Shown here: positions 30,964 to 40,791 of the stretch, in pieces | Numbering within the stretch: the stretch's first letter is position 1 | Layout of the letters: every line of letters starts with the position of its first letter | IMG/VR virus record: IMGVR_UViG_3300024313_000004 | Coordinates: 70,596 to 134,595 of that record | From: a virus | Reading direction: 5' to 3' (one strand) | Length of the DNA stretch: 64,000 nucleotides | Notes under the pieces: model-generated | Told to the model about the DNA's origin: nothing | Database searches by the model: none | Seen by the model: the letters and a program-made list of their open reading frames with translations, nothing else | Position numbers and translations under genes: made by a program

Positions 30964-31091
30964 TTAAACTATTTACATATGACATAATACTTCCACCAAG
31001 TATTGGAATGACTGCTATTAGTATAAATCCTTCAAAAAGTGCTTTGAGAAGATATAAGATTAAGAAGGTATTTCTACAATATTTATTGTAA
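30960..31091 (+). CDS. 43-aa ORF: prohead-protease-like peptide plus RxxKI helix
   Basis: Read by hand, ATGA overlap with sigma stop: MIKLFTYDIILPPSIGMTAISINPSKSALRRYKIKKVFLQYLL*; KLFTYDI is identical to the window protease. Confidence 0.6.
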   Translation: MIKLFTYDIILPPSIGMTAISINPSKSALRRYKIKKVFLQYLL

Positions 31092-31257
31092 TCTCTACTT
31101 TTATATTCTTACCTGTAAATTCTGCAAGTTTCTCATCAACAAAGTTTGATGGATTATTTAATCTTACTGAATTTTCACCATTTACGGTTTCTATTAAAAA
31201 ATTATCTTTTGCCTCAAATACTCTACCTTGATATTCTTTTATATTTATTGATTTCAT
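31060..31257 (-). CDS. Small hypothetical protein
   Basis: ORF track; TATATTTG (TAnnTTTG) at 31279-31286 upstream. Confidence 0.55.
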   Translation of the reverse strand: MKSINIKEYQGRVFEAKDNFLIETVNGENSVRLNNPSNFVDEKLAEFTGKNIKVEITINIVEIPS

Positions 31258-31325
31258 AATATATTATTTTTTGTCTTACAAATATAAGTATAATTTTACA
31301 TTATCACAAATTTATATATAATAAT

Positions 31326-31985
31326 ATGAGATGGATAAACGACTTTAGAGTATTCGAATCTAACGATTCTGATGATAAAACAAATAAGAGATCTGATAGG
31401 TTACTTACTGACGCACAACGGAACTATGAAGAGAATAAGAGTGAGTATCCTGGTGGTGATTCGCCTACAATGCTTTTCACAGATGTTGTTGGATCTTCTA
31501 GTATGTGGTCTGATGATGCAAAAACAATGAGTATTCAGTTGGATAAACATTTTAAAATAATGGATGATTTGGCAAGAAAAAGAGGAGGATTTGTTGTTAA
31601 GACAATTGGTGATGCATTTATGATTTATTTCAGTAAAAGTGAAAAATCTTTGGAGAATGCAATCGATTTTGCAGTTGATGTTATAAATACAGAAGAACTA
31701 CCACTTAGAATTGGTATATGTTCTGGTAAAATGACTGCAAAAAAATGTAGAATACAAAATGTAGAGCTTCTAGATTTCTTTGGTGATGTTGTAAATACTG
31801 CATCAAGAATGGAATCGAAAGTCGCAGAGAAGGGTTCAATTGCATTCACATCTGTTGATAATATTGATGAACAAATAAAGTCGATATCGAAAAAACATAA
31901 GGGTTTGATTAAAATAGAAGGATCTAGTATTCCGGATTTAAAAGGTGTGAAGGTTCCATTTGTATATAAATTAAGAGTTAAATAA
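31326..31985 (+). CDS. Class III adenylate/guanylate cyclase
   Basis: FTDVVGSS, VKTIGDAFM, RIGICSG, DFFGDVVNTASRMES; metal-binding Asp pair and NxxxR intact. Confidence 0.92.
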   Translation: MRWINDFRVFESNDSDDKTNKRSDRLLTDAQRNYEENKSEYPGGDSPTMLFTDVVGSSSMWSDDAKTMSIQLDKHFKIMDDLARKRGGFVVKTIGDAFMIYFSKSEKSLENAIDFAVDVINTEELPLRIGICSGKMTAKKCRIQNVELLDFFGDVVNTASRMESKVAEKGSIAFTSVDNIDEQIKSISKKHKGLIKIEGSSIPDLKGVKVPFVYKLRVK

Positions 31986-32038
31986 TATAAATAAAACTTT
32001 TAAGTATATTTTCATATAAATGATATAAAATTATTTTT

Positions 32039-32338
32039 ATGAACAAGGTTATTTTACAAATTTGGGAAGAGTCTGAAAGAGGATCGGTGATAATACCCTC
32101 CGGATGTTCTCTACATTTAGACTTTAAAGAAAGATTGAGTTATATTAGTAAAATTTATGAGGGTAGAGAGTCTGATACTGTACCTGATGAGTATGATAGA
32201 ATCGTCGGTGACGGAGTTGAGGTCTTTGTAGAAGATTCACTTTTTAACATAATCAAAAAAGATAAGTCAGTTAGAATAACTGAGTATCAAATGAATAATC
32301 TTATATCATTAGATGATATAACAATAAAGGATATATGA
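32039..32338 (+). CDS. Hypothetical protein
   Basis: ORF track; overlaps next gene by ATGA. Confidence 0.55.
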   Translation: MNKVILQIWEESERGSVIIPSGCSLHLDFKERLSYISKIYEGRESDTVPDEYDRIVGDGVEVFVEDSLFNIIKKDKSVRITEYQMNNLISLDDITIKDI

Positions 32339-32679
32339 TAGTTACATTTTATATTATAATATTTAGTTTTATATTTTCAGAAATATATCATTTTTTTAAT
32401 AAAAAAAGATTAGATATTATCTTCAAAAATAAAGATATCGATACAATCAGGAAGTCTGATGGTATTTTTTATATCTTAAAAATACTCTCTATAATTTGGC
32501 CAATTATTGGCCTTTTTTCAAGCTTTATTGATATATTTTTACTATTGATAGTATTTAATTTGATTAAATTCATATTCTATCATATATCAGAAACTACTTA
32601 TAATTATTATATAAGGATACTACCATTTATAAACATAACTTTATATCTAATAATACTATATTATAAGTTTATACACTAA
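32335..32679 (+). CDS. Small multi-pass membrane protein
   Basis: Three to four hydrophobic segments. Confidence 0.55.
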   Translation: MIVTFYIIIFSFIFSEIYHFFNKKRLDIIFKNKDIDTIRKSDGIFYILKILSIIWPIIGLFSSFIDIFLLLIVFNLIKFIFYHISETTYNYYIRILPFINITLYLIILYYKFIH

Positions 32680-33196
32680 AGTTTTTTAGATTATCTTCTG
32701 TTATTATGATGAATGAATAACCTTTTTTTTTACACCACTTTATCATAGTTTCCCATTTCTGTTTATTTTTATATGCCATCTTTAAATCATATTCAAAGCT
32801 CTTCAATTTCTTCATTCCTTTATCAGGGACTGTTAGTTTACCTTCTGTTAGTGCAATAACCATTTTATACTCCTTCATCGGTTTAACTTCAACCACCACT
32901 TCTTTCAGAACACCATCATCTCCTCTCATTCTATAGAAAAAATCTGGATAATATCTATGTGCTTTTATTCTAGAGTCACCATTTTCAAAGTGTGTCATTT
33001 GATATGGGATTTCTAGACATTCTGCACCCCATTGGAATATTTCATCTTTTAAATCTAACCAAATCATAATCTTTTGTTCCCAAGAACTTCTGTAATATAC
33101 ACCACCTTCTGAATTAAGTTTTAATACTTTATCTTTATTTTTTGGTATGAAATTACCTCCATGATACTTTTTATTACTAGGTTTCGAATTTATCAT
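32669..33196 (-). CDS. Head completion nuclease (T4 gp4-like, PD-(D/E)xK)
   Basis: YRSSWE, EIPY, HRYYPDFF, VEVKP, KWE, FIIITED. Confidence 0.9.
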   Translation of the reverse strand: MINSKPSNKKYHGGNFIPKNKDKVLKLNSEGGVYYRSSWEQKIMIWLDLKDEIFQWGAECLEIPYQMTHFENGDSRIKAHRYYPDFFYRMRGDDGVLKEVVVEVKPMKEYKMVIALTEGKLTVPDKGMKKLKSFEYDLKMAYKNKQKWETMIKWCKKKGYSFIIITEDNLKNFSV

Positions 33197-33242
33197 ATGA
33201 TTGATTTTTTTTTATTTATATATAAAAGAAAAAAGTTTACAT

Positions 33243-33944
33243 ATGAGTAGTGGTGTATTAGATGAAAAAGTAAGATTAAGTCTTTTAGTTTATGGTAATG
33301 GTATTGAAGAGAATTTTAGAACAAATTCATTCTTTATGATGGATAAATACTCTAAGAGTGATGAAATGGTTACTTCAAAATCAACTACTGATATACAAAC
33401 AGGTGGATTTTACTTTCTTCACTATATGGATGATTCAAATTGGATGAAATACTCACCGGTATTTGTGGTTGAACAAAGAAATTTCAATAACCAAATTATT
33501 GTTATGGCAGTAAATTTGAATTTTATACCATTAGAAGTTCGTGTTTTAATATTTGATAAGTACATTACTGAAGAACATTTTGAGAAGGATTCATTCTTAA
33601 AAGTTGATTATAATGGTATGTATGCCGAGTTGATAAAATTTGGATTTGAATATGCATTAATGGAATATAATGCCATACAAATAAAACTGGTACATAAAAT
33701 AAATATGAATTTATTACCAAGATTTTTATACTCACAACATCCCAAGGCTACTTATGATCCAAAAAAACTTATGGATATTTGGTATAAGAAATTAGAGACT
33801 AAATCAAAGAGAAATCAAGAATTGATGAATTCTATGTTAAATGAATTCTATGATATAAATAATGAGATATCTGATAAATATTCGGTTATGAAAGGTCATA
33901 TAGAAAGATTAAGAAAAAGTTATAAGAAGTATGGAAATGGGTAA
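33243..33944 (+). CDS. DNA end protector-like protein (T4 gp2-like)
   Basis: GFYFLHY, YSPVFVV, VNLNFIPLEVR; divergent from gp4-like gene as in T4-like phages. Confidence 0.6.
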   Translation: MSSGVLDEKVRLSLLVYGNGIEENFRTNSFFMMDKYSKSDEMVTSKSTTDIQTGGFYFLHYMDDSNWMKYSPVFVVEQRNFNNQIIVMAVNLNFIPLEVRVLIFDKYITEEHFEKDSFLKVDYNGMYAELIKFGFEYALMEYNAIQIKLVHKINMNLLPRFLYSQHPKATYDPKKLMDIWYKKLETKSKRNQELMNSMLNEFYDINNEISDKYSVMKGHIERLRKSYKKYGNG

Positions 33945-34023
33945 AAATAGTTATTAGTGTCACTTATTTTATTTTTTGGGAGTTAACTATTTTTATATAT
34001 AACTTAAAATTTTAATAATTTTA

Positions 34024-35754
34024 ATGGCATCATATAATTATAATAACGAAAGAGAAGGACAAGGAATGGGCTTTGTGAACTCTGCAGTAGAAAATAAAGG
34101 TCTTTTTAGTAGGATTTTAAGAACCTTATCAAACCATGGTATGAACTATGATGATATGATTATCAGAAATCAAGTTGGTATTGGTATAAACGAAGATCCT
34201 TATGCAGCTAAGGGTAACTCTATGTATGATTTCTTCTCACAAAGGGCAGTTGCATCTGTTTTAAATAGAAAGTCAATTCCCTATTTAGATAAGGCATATG
34301 GTGATAAGAGAAGAATACTTAGAGAGTATTCTATAAAAGATGAGATCCGTGATATGGTTAGTTCTGTTGCAGATGAATGTATCGTTTATAATGATGATAG
34401 AGATTTTTGTTCACCTAGACCAATTTCAAATGATTACTCACAAGAAGTTAGCGATAAATATCAAGAATATTTTGAAAAAATATATAATAAATATGGATTT
34501 TCCGATAGTATAACAGCATGGAATATGATGAAAGATTTCCTAATCGATGGTTATGTTGCAATAGAGATTGTTTATGATGACAAAAAAAAGAATATTGTTG
34601 CATTTAATAGACTTAGACCCGAAACACTTGTTCCTGCATATGAACCAAATGTTGGTCACTTATGGATACAATTCCCTGAGGATCCGCAATTAAGAAGAAT
34701 ATTTTTAGATTCGCAAATAGTTTTCGTTTCTTACTCTACACAAAATGATTATTCAGAGACATCTTATGTCGAGGGTCTTATTAAACCTTATAATCAATTA
34801 AAGATTCTTGAGCAAACTAAGATAATGTTTAACGTTATAAATGCAACAATTTATCAAAAATTTACTATTCCTATCAAAGGTCTTTCAAGACAAAGAGCAG
34901 AAGAACAAATAGGTCAACTTATACATGATTATTCAGAAGAAGTTGAGTGGGATGATACGTTAGGTACATTATCAATGAATGGTTCAAAACATTTACCTTA
35001 TAATAAACAAATATGGTTTCCTGAAGGTGATGCAGGTACTCCAAATATGGAACTTGTTTCTCCACAAGGACATGATTTAAATGAGGATGGTATGCTTAAA
35101 TGGTTCCACCAAGCACTTAAAAGGGCTTCTAAAATTCCTTTAACTAGATTCGAAGGAGAAAGTGGAGGTGGAAATTTAGTTAGTGATGCTGCAGAGATGA
35201 CTAGGGATGAAATTAAGTTTCATAATTTCATATCAAGGGTTAGAGCCAATTTTAAAGAACTTATTGTTAAACCTTTAAAATTACAAATGTTGATTGAGTT
35301 TCCTGAACTGAAAGAGGATGATATGATTCTTAATCAAATGGATATTATTTTCTATACTAATCAAATATTCGAAGAATGGAAAAAAATAAATAACTTAGCA
35401 AAAAGAGCAGAGGCTATAACTACACTTACTAGTGTAATGGATGGTGAAAAACCTTATTTCCACATTGAATGGATAATGGATAATGTTTTCAAACTTACTC
35501 CTGAGGAGAAAGCAGAGAATCAAAAATATTGGGCAAAAGATTCCGGTAGTGGTGATGGATCCGGGCCAGAAGGAGGTGCTCAAGGTGGAGACTTCGGTGG
35601 AGGTGCTCAAGGTGGAGACTTCGGTGGAGGTGCTCAAGGTGGAGACTTCGGTGGAGGTGCTCAAGGTGGAGACTTCGAAAGTGGACCAGAAGGTGGTGCA
35701 CAAGGTGGTTCGGAACCACCTGCAGATGAAGGTGGATCAGAATTTGAATTCTAA
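34024..35754 (+). CDS. Portal protein (T4 gp20-like)
   Basis: FLIDGY, KPYNQLKILE, ASKIPLTR, MTRDEIKFHNFISRVRANF; acidic Gly-rich tail. Confidence 0.93.
   Translation: MASYNYNNEREGQGMGFVNSAVENKGLFSRILRTLSNHGMNYDDMIIRNQVGIGINEDPYAAKGNSMYDFFSQRAVASVLNRKSIPYLDKAYGDKRRILREYSIKDEIRDMVSSVADECIVYNDDRDFCSPRPISNDYSQEVSDKYQEYFEKIYNKYGFSDSITAWNMMKDFLIDGYVAIEIVYDDKKKNIVAFNRLRPETLVPAYEPNVGHLWIQFPEDPQLRRIFLDSQIVFVSYSTQNDYSETSYVEGLIKPYNQLKILEQTKIMFNVINATIYQKFTIPIKGLSRQRAEEQIGQLIHDYSEEVEWDDTLGTLSMNGSKHLPYNKQIWFPEGDAGTPNMELVSPQGHDLNEDGMLKWFHQALKRASKIPLTRFEGESGGGNLVSDAAEMTRDEIKFHNFISRVRANFKELIVKPLKLQMLIEFPELKEDDMILNQMDIIFYTNQIFEEWKKINNLAKRAEAITTLTSVMDGEKPYFHIEWIMDNVFKLTPEEKAENQKYWAKDSGSGDGSGPEGGAQGGDFGGGAQGGDFGGGAQGGDFGGGAQGGDFESGPEGGAQGGSEPPADEGGSEFEF
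35572..35679 (+). repeat. Coding tandem repeat, 27 nt x4 (GGAQGGDF[G/E])
   Basis: GGAGGTGCTCAAGGTGGAGACTTCGGT units in portal C-terminus. Confidence 0.9.
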
Positions 35755-35760
35755 TATAAT

Positions 35761-35792
35761 AAAAAAGTCACTCAATTTGAGTGACTTTTTTT
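35761..35792. terminator. Bidirectional intrinsic terminator
   Basis: A6-GTCACTCA-ATT-TGAGTGAC-T7. Confidence 0.85.
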
Positions 35793-36237
35793 ATGCTATA
35801 TTTTTCTCATATGTATCTACATAGAAGTAAACTACTTTATTATCTATAATATGTGGTTTTAAATCGATTTCTGTCGAATTGTCTATAAGTTCCTCTATAA
35901 CTTTACCCATTGGTGTTTCTAAAGTTTTACATCTTAAAGTTAGTTTGTCTATTTTATTATCTTTTAGAATAAAAGACATTGATTTTATAGTAAGTACAGA
36001 CATTTGTATCGAAAGAATATTTTCAACATTTCCAAGTTGTACAAACATAGATATTGACTCTACATCAAATTGTATTCTTTTACCAGATTCTAAAACATTT
36101 GTTAGTTTAATATCTCTTTTGATTGATTTCCATTCTTTGTATCTACACATCAAATCCTCAAATTGATCCAAAGTATTGTTGTTTAACAATACTTCGTAAT
36201 CAAAATGTTTTATATCATCATCTAATTCAGATTTCAT
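35791..36237 (-). CDS. Protein with RxxKL helix and prohead-protease-like fragment
   Basis: IKRDIKLTNVLE; LRCKTLETPMGKVIEELIDN resembles the gp21 ILxTPMGKIxxxLIDxG segment. Confidence 0.5.
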   Translation of the reverse strand: MKSELDDDIKHFDYEVLLNNNTLDQFEDLMCRYKEWKSIKRDIKLTNVLESGKRIQFDVESISMFVQLGNVENILSIQMSVLTIKSMSFILKDNKIDKLTLRCKTLETPMGKVIEELIDNSTEIDLKPHIIDNKVVYFYVDTYEKNIA

Positions 36238-38120
36238 TAGAACTTTGTAAAATTTATCTGTTTTTTCTCCAAATCTACAGATTTGACAACAACTTTAATA
36301 GGATCACCTAATCTTATCTGTTCACCTATTGCACTATATGCAAAGTAATTATCCGAATCTGCCGTCCATTTTCCATTTAATGTTTCTAATCTTATCAATC
36401 CTTCACACTTATTTTCAGAAATCTCCACATATATACCTCTATCCATTACACCGGTAACGATACCATCAAATACTTGCCCAAGTCTTTCTTGAAGATACTC
36501 TGCTTGTTTATACTTTATAGAATCTCTTTGTGCTTTAGATGCAATCAGTTCTCTACTAGAACACCACTTTGCCTGTTCCTCTATTTTAACAGGATTTCTT
36601 TGTTTACCATTACTTAGTTTATCGAATAATATTCTATGTGTTATCAAATCTGGATATCTTCTTATAGGAGAAGTAAAATGAGAGTAGTGTGTAAACCCTA
36701 ATCCATAATGTCCTATATTCTGTATAGTATAAGTAGCCTTTGACATACATCTTGTTACCAGTGTTTCAATCATATTTTCTTCAGGTGTTCCTTTTATTTC
36801 TCTTAAAAGTTTATTAAGATTATTTTTCAAAACATCACCATCTTCATTCAATTCAAGTTTATAACCAAAGTTTGTACATATACTTTTTAAAGCGGATAAT
36901 TTATCATTATTCGGTTTATCATGTACCCTATAAACATTGTACCATTGATCTTTTGCTAAAAGTTTCGCAACTGCCTTATTCGCGAGTAACATATACTCTT
37001 CGATCAATTTATTTGCATCTTTTTGTTCTTTGAAATAAACACCTACTGGTTTTTTATCATCTTCGGCAAGTTTAAATTTAACTTCAATACCACCCATTTC
37101 GATAGAACCATTTTTAATTCTAGATTTTCTTATATTTTTCGCAATAGAGTCTAATTGTCTTATTTCCTTGTGGTAATCACCATCAAAACCTTCAATTATT
37201 TCCTGCGCATCTTCATATGCAAATCTTCTATCTGAGTGTATAACTGTTTTCCCATACCAGGTATCTTTAATCTTACCATCTTGTCCAAGTGTGAAAACAA
37301 CCGAGAATGCCAATCTATCTACATTTGGTTTTAATGAGCATATACCATTTGATAATCTTTCCGGTAACATAGGTACACATCTATCTACTAAGTAAACAGA
37401 AGTCGCTCTTTTAAATGCTTCTTTATCTAGTTCTGTTCCAAACTTAACATAGTGTGCAACATCAGCAATATGCACACCAACTTTTATATTATTAGGATCC
37501 TTCATATCGATAGATATGGCATCATCAAAATCTTTTGCATCAACCGGATCAATAGTTATAGTTGTAACCGATCTCATATCCCTTCTAGATTTGATTTCAC
37601 TTTCGGTTATAACTTCCGGAACAAGTTCCGACTCATTTAATACTTCTTGTGAGAAATCTACAGGTAATCCATATTCATACATTATCGCATTCATTTCAGT
37701 ATTATTCTCACCAACAAAACCTAATATCTTAGTAACCTTTCCTCTCGGTGACTTTTTACCAATTTCCCAATCTAAAAAGTCAACTAGTACCTTCTGACCA
37801 TTCTCAACTGTAGTATTTCCTTTTATATAGAAATCTACAGAGATTTTTGGATTATCAGGTATAACAAATGTTGTATCTTTTTTAACTTGTGCTGTTCCTA
37901 CAAATTGTGTTTTAAATCTCGAAGTTACTTCTAATACTTTTGCCTCTAACTTACGTTCTCCTTGGAATATCTCTATTCTAACTGTATCTAAGTGAAGTGC
38001 ATTTAAAGTTTTTTTCTTATGTACGAAAACTTCTTTACCATCGATTTTAACTCTTGCATTTCTCGATGCAGTGAACTCTATTTGTGATTCAAATATGTCA
38101 CCTTCTTTTATTTTATTCAT
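36237..38120 (-). CDS. rnr: Ribonuclease R
   Basis: DPVDAKDFDDAIS, VHIADV, ATSVYLVD, YSHFTSPIRRYPDL, C-terminal S1 domain. Confidence 0.95.
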   Translation of the reverse strand: MNKIKEGDIFESQIEFTASRNARVKIDGKEVFVHKKKTLNALHLDTVRIEIFQGERKLEAKVLEVTSRFKTQFVGTAQVKKDTTFVIPDNPKISVDFYIKGNTTVENGQKVLVDFLDWEIGKKSPRGKVTKILGFVGENNTEMNAIMYEYGLPVDFSQEVLNESELVPEVITESEIKSRRDMRSVTTITIDPVDAKDFDDAISIDMKDPNNIKVGVHIADVAHYVKFGTELDKEAFKRATSVYLVDRCVPMLPERLSNGICSLKPNVDRLAFSVVFTLGQDGKIKDTWYGKTVIHSDRRFAYEDAQEIIEGFDGDYHKEIRQLDSIAKNIRKSRIKNGSIEMGGIEVKFKLAEDDKKPVGVYFKEQKDANKLIEEYMLLANKAVAKLLAKDQWYNVYRVHDKPNNDKLSALKSICTNFGYKLELNEDGDVLKNNLNKLLREIKGTPEENMIETLVTRCMSKATYTIQNIGHYGLGFTHYSHFTSPIRRYPDLITHRILFDKLSNGKQRNPVKIEEQAKWCSSRELIASKAQRDSIKYKQAEYLQERLGQVFDGIVTGVMDRGIYVEISENKCEGLIRLETLNGKWTADSDNYFAYSAIGEQIRLGDPIKVVVKSVDLEKKQINFTKF

Positions 38121-38505
38121 CTTTTTTATTCATTTTTGATATATTATCAACACCATATTTATCTACTAGTGTTTTTTTCATTTTTGATAATACATTTTTA
38201 TTTTGTATTGGGTAGTCAACACCAAAGTTTTTTCTAAGAGTTTCCTTTCTTTTAACTTCAGAACATTTTCTACAGGAATAGTCTCCCCAATTATCATTAT
38301 CATATTTAAGGTAATTTTTGTAGATTACTTCTTTCTCAAGACCACAACCATCACATTTACACTTTATTTTATAGTGTGATCCATTTGGTAAAAGTCCCAC
38401 TGGTATATTAATTTTTTCACCTATCGAAATATCATATCCCAAGTCTTCATAATATTGATAGTTAGACTCATTTATTTTTATTTCAATTTCTCTTGTAAGT
38501 ATCAT
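38113..38505 (-). CDS. Zinc-ribbon/KYGVDN-repeat protein resembling a homing-endonuclease DNA-binding module with no nuclease domain
   Basis: CKCDGC, CRKC, KNFGVDY, KYGVDN. Confidence 0.5.
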   Translation of the reverse strand: MILTREIEIKINESNYQYYEDLGYDISIGEKINIPVGLLPNGSHYKIKCKCDGCGLEKEVIYKNYLKYDNDNWGDYSCRKCSEVKRKETLRKNFGVDYPIQNKNVLSKMKKTLVDKYGVDNISKMNKKDE

Positions 38506-38588
38506 ATTTCTTAATTGAGGATATAAAAAATCCACTATATATTTTATAAAAAAAAATGATTTAGTTTCAAAATAATAATAAGATATTC

Positions 38589-38608
38589 TTAATCTATAAA
38601 AAATCCAC
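38589..38608 (+). promoter_or_regulatory. 20-nt element upstream of protease-scaffold late promoter
   Basis: TTAATCTATAAAAAATCCAC, exact copy at 40772-40791. Confidence 0.6.
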
Positions 38609-38678
38609 CTTTATATTTTGCTTGTTTTTGGTAGTTATATATACACTAATAATTATACAAAAAAAAACAAACTATTTC

Positions 38679-40775
38679 ATGAAACCAGTTCTAATTGTAG
38701 AAAATTCAACGAACTCTCTTATAAGAGAAAGTTCAAGTACTGGTAAGAAGGATTATATTTTAGGTGGTACATTTACTGAGTTCGGTGTTAAAAACCGTAA
38801 CGAAAGAATCTATACTGCTCCTAAATTCCTTCCTGCTTTAGAGGAGATGAATGAAAGAATGAACAATTTAGGAATTGTCTATGGTGAATTTGATCACCCG
38901 GATGTTTTCGATACTTCACTTTCAAGAGCTTCTCACGTAATTACAAAGGCTAATTATGTAAAAGAATCAAACTTAGTAGAAGGTGAAATCAGATTATTAA
39001 GCACTTATTGGGGAAAAGAGGCAAAATCGTTAGTTGACGATGGTTGTCCTATTTTCGTTTCATCAAGAGCTGCAGGTATTACTGAATCTGACGGAACCGT
39101 ATCATTAAAAAAACTATTCACTTATGACATTGTTGCTGATCCAGGATTTGCATCAGCTAAGATGAGTGTAAAGGTTCTTAATGAGTCACTTGGTTATGAC
39201 AACCCAAAATCCAACTTTAGGATATATGATTTATCCAACGAGTCAAAAACAGAAGAGTTATTTAACATGAACAACAACGAATTTGTTACTAAACAACAAT
39301 TAACTGATTACTCTCAGTATTTAGTTAAAGAGTTGGCGTCAACTAAGAAAGAAGTTAAGAACGCCATTACTAAAGGTAATATTGAACCTAAAAAACTTGA
39401 GCAATTACTTGAGTATTATGATGAATTGAACAACACTAATTCACAAGTAGCTAAATATTTAGACTACTTAGCTGAGAAAGTTCAAATTATGGTTAATGAG
39501 AATCAATCATTAAAAGAAACTACAGATAAACTAATCAAACATAATGATTATTTGGCTGAAAATCTAGAAAAGGCAGTAAATTATTCTGAATATGTTGCTG
39601 AAAATTTAGATAAGAACATTGCATATTCTGAATATGTTGCTGAAAATTTAGATAAGAACATTGCATATTCTGAATATGTTGCTGAAAATTTAGATAAGAA
39701 CATTTCTTATACAGAATATGTTGCTGAAAATTTAGATAAAAACATCGCTTACTCTGAATACATTGCTGAAAATTTAGATAAAAACATCGCTTACTCTGAA
39801 TACATCGCGGAAAACTTAGATAAAAACATCGCTTATGGTGAGTATATCGCTGAACATGTTGATAATTCTATCGCTTATTCAGAATATTTGGCAGAACATG
39901 TTGAAGGTAATATTGCTTACTCTGAATACATTGCTGAAAATTTAGATGATAATATTGCATATGGTGAGTATATCGCTGAAAATTTAGATAAATCTATTAA
40001 CTACCAAGGATTAATAGTTGAGAAGTTAAATGGTGGTAAATTAAACGAATCGGAAGGGGCATTCCCAACTTTAAATACTGTTGGTTTTGAGACTATCGTT
40101 GAAGAAAACGAAGTTGAAGAAAACGAAGTTGAAGAAAACGAAGTTGAAGAAAACGAAGAAAATGGTATTGCAGAAATTGCACCCGAAAATGTACATGCAT
40201 ACGAAGAAGAAAAAGAAGAAGAATGTGCTACTGATTATAAAGTTAACGGTAACTCTGATTCTGAATTATCTGAATCTATTGATAAATTAATTGAAGAAGC
40301 TAAAAAACGTAAAGTTTCTGAAACATCAGATTTGAATTTCTTGAAATTCTTATCTAAGTCACAAGTTGATAGCTATTATGCTTTAACAAATGAAGAACAA
40401 GATAGTGTTAAACTACACATAAACGAAAGTAGTTACTTCACACAAAAAGAAGTATTGTCTTTGATCTCTGAAGCATTATCAACTAAAAACGAAACTCTTG
40501 AAGAAAGAGTAATCAGATTAATGCCTGATAACACAAAGGCTATCTGGAACCAATTGAACGAATCGGCTAAAAAATCTATCATTTCACAAGCTAGATTATA
40601 CCCAGCTGAGGTACTTCAAACTGAAGGTCAAGTTGAACACTTTTGGACAACAAGAAACCTTAAAACAAATGAATCAGTATCCAAAAAACTTGTTTCACAT
40701 GAAGCTCTTATCCAAGAAGATAAGTTGTCTGATAATGATGTAACAGCAATTATGGAAAGATTCAAAAACATTTAA
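38679..40775 (+). CDS. Prohead protease fused to scaffold (T4 gp21 + gp22-like)
   Basis: KNRNERIY, YGEFDHP, FVSSRAAG, TYDIVADPGF; C-terminal coiled-coil repeats; start ATG 38679. Confidence 0.92.
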   Translation: MKPVLIVENSTNSLIRESSSTGKKDYILGGTFTEFGVKNRNERIYTAPKFLPALEEMNERMNNLGIVYGEFDHPDVFDTSLSRASHVITKANYVKESNLVEGEIRLLSTYWGKEAKSLVDDGCPIFVSSRAAGITESDGTVSLKKLFTYDIVADPGFASAKMSVKVLNESLGYDNPKSNFRIYDLSNESKTEELFNMNNNEFVTKQQLTDYSQYLVKELASTKKEVKNAITKGNIEPKKLEQLLEYYDELNNTNSQVAKYLDYLAEKVQIMVNENQSLKETTDKLIKHNDYLAENLEKAVNYSEYVAENLDKNIAYSEYVAENLDKNIAYSEYVAENLDKNISYTEYVAENLDKNIAYSEYIAENLDKNIAYSEYIAENLDKNIAYGEYIAEHVDNSIAYSEYLAEHVEGNIAYSEYIAENLDDNIAYGEYIAENLDKSINYQGLIVEKLNGGKLNESEGAFPTLNTVGFETIVEENEVEENEVEENEVEENEENGIAEIAPENVHAYEEEKEEECATDYKVNGNSDSELSESIDKLIEEAKKRKVSETSDLNFLKFLSKSQVDSYYALTNEEQDSVKLHINESSYFTQKEVLSLISEALSTKNETLEERVIRLMPDNTKAIWNQLNESAKKSIISQARLYPAEVLQTEGQVEHFWTTRNLKTNESVSKKLVSHEALIQEDKLSDNDVTAIMERFKNI
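39555..40016 (+). repeat. Coding tandem repeat, 42 nt x11 (AENLDKNIAYSEY[VI])
   Basis: Eleven 14-aa units counted in the translation. Confidence 0.9.
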
Positions 40776-40791
40776 TCTATAAAAAATCCAC
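40772..40791 (+). promoter_or_regulatory. 20-nt element upstream of MCP late promoter
   Basis: Identical to 38589-38608; same 27-nt offset to the ATATATA motif. Confidence 0.6.

Noticed and set aside
32335-32679. Holin call for the small membrane protein
   Set aside because: Hydrophobicity only; no endolysin nearby and no family motif
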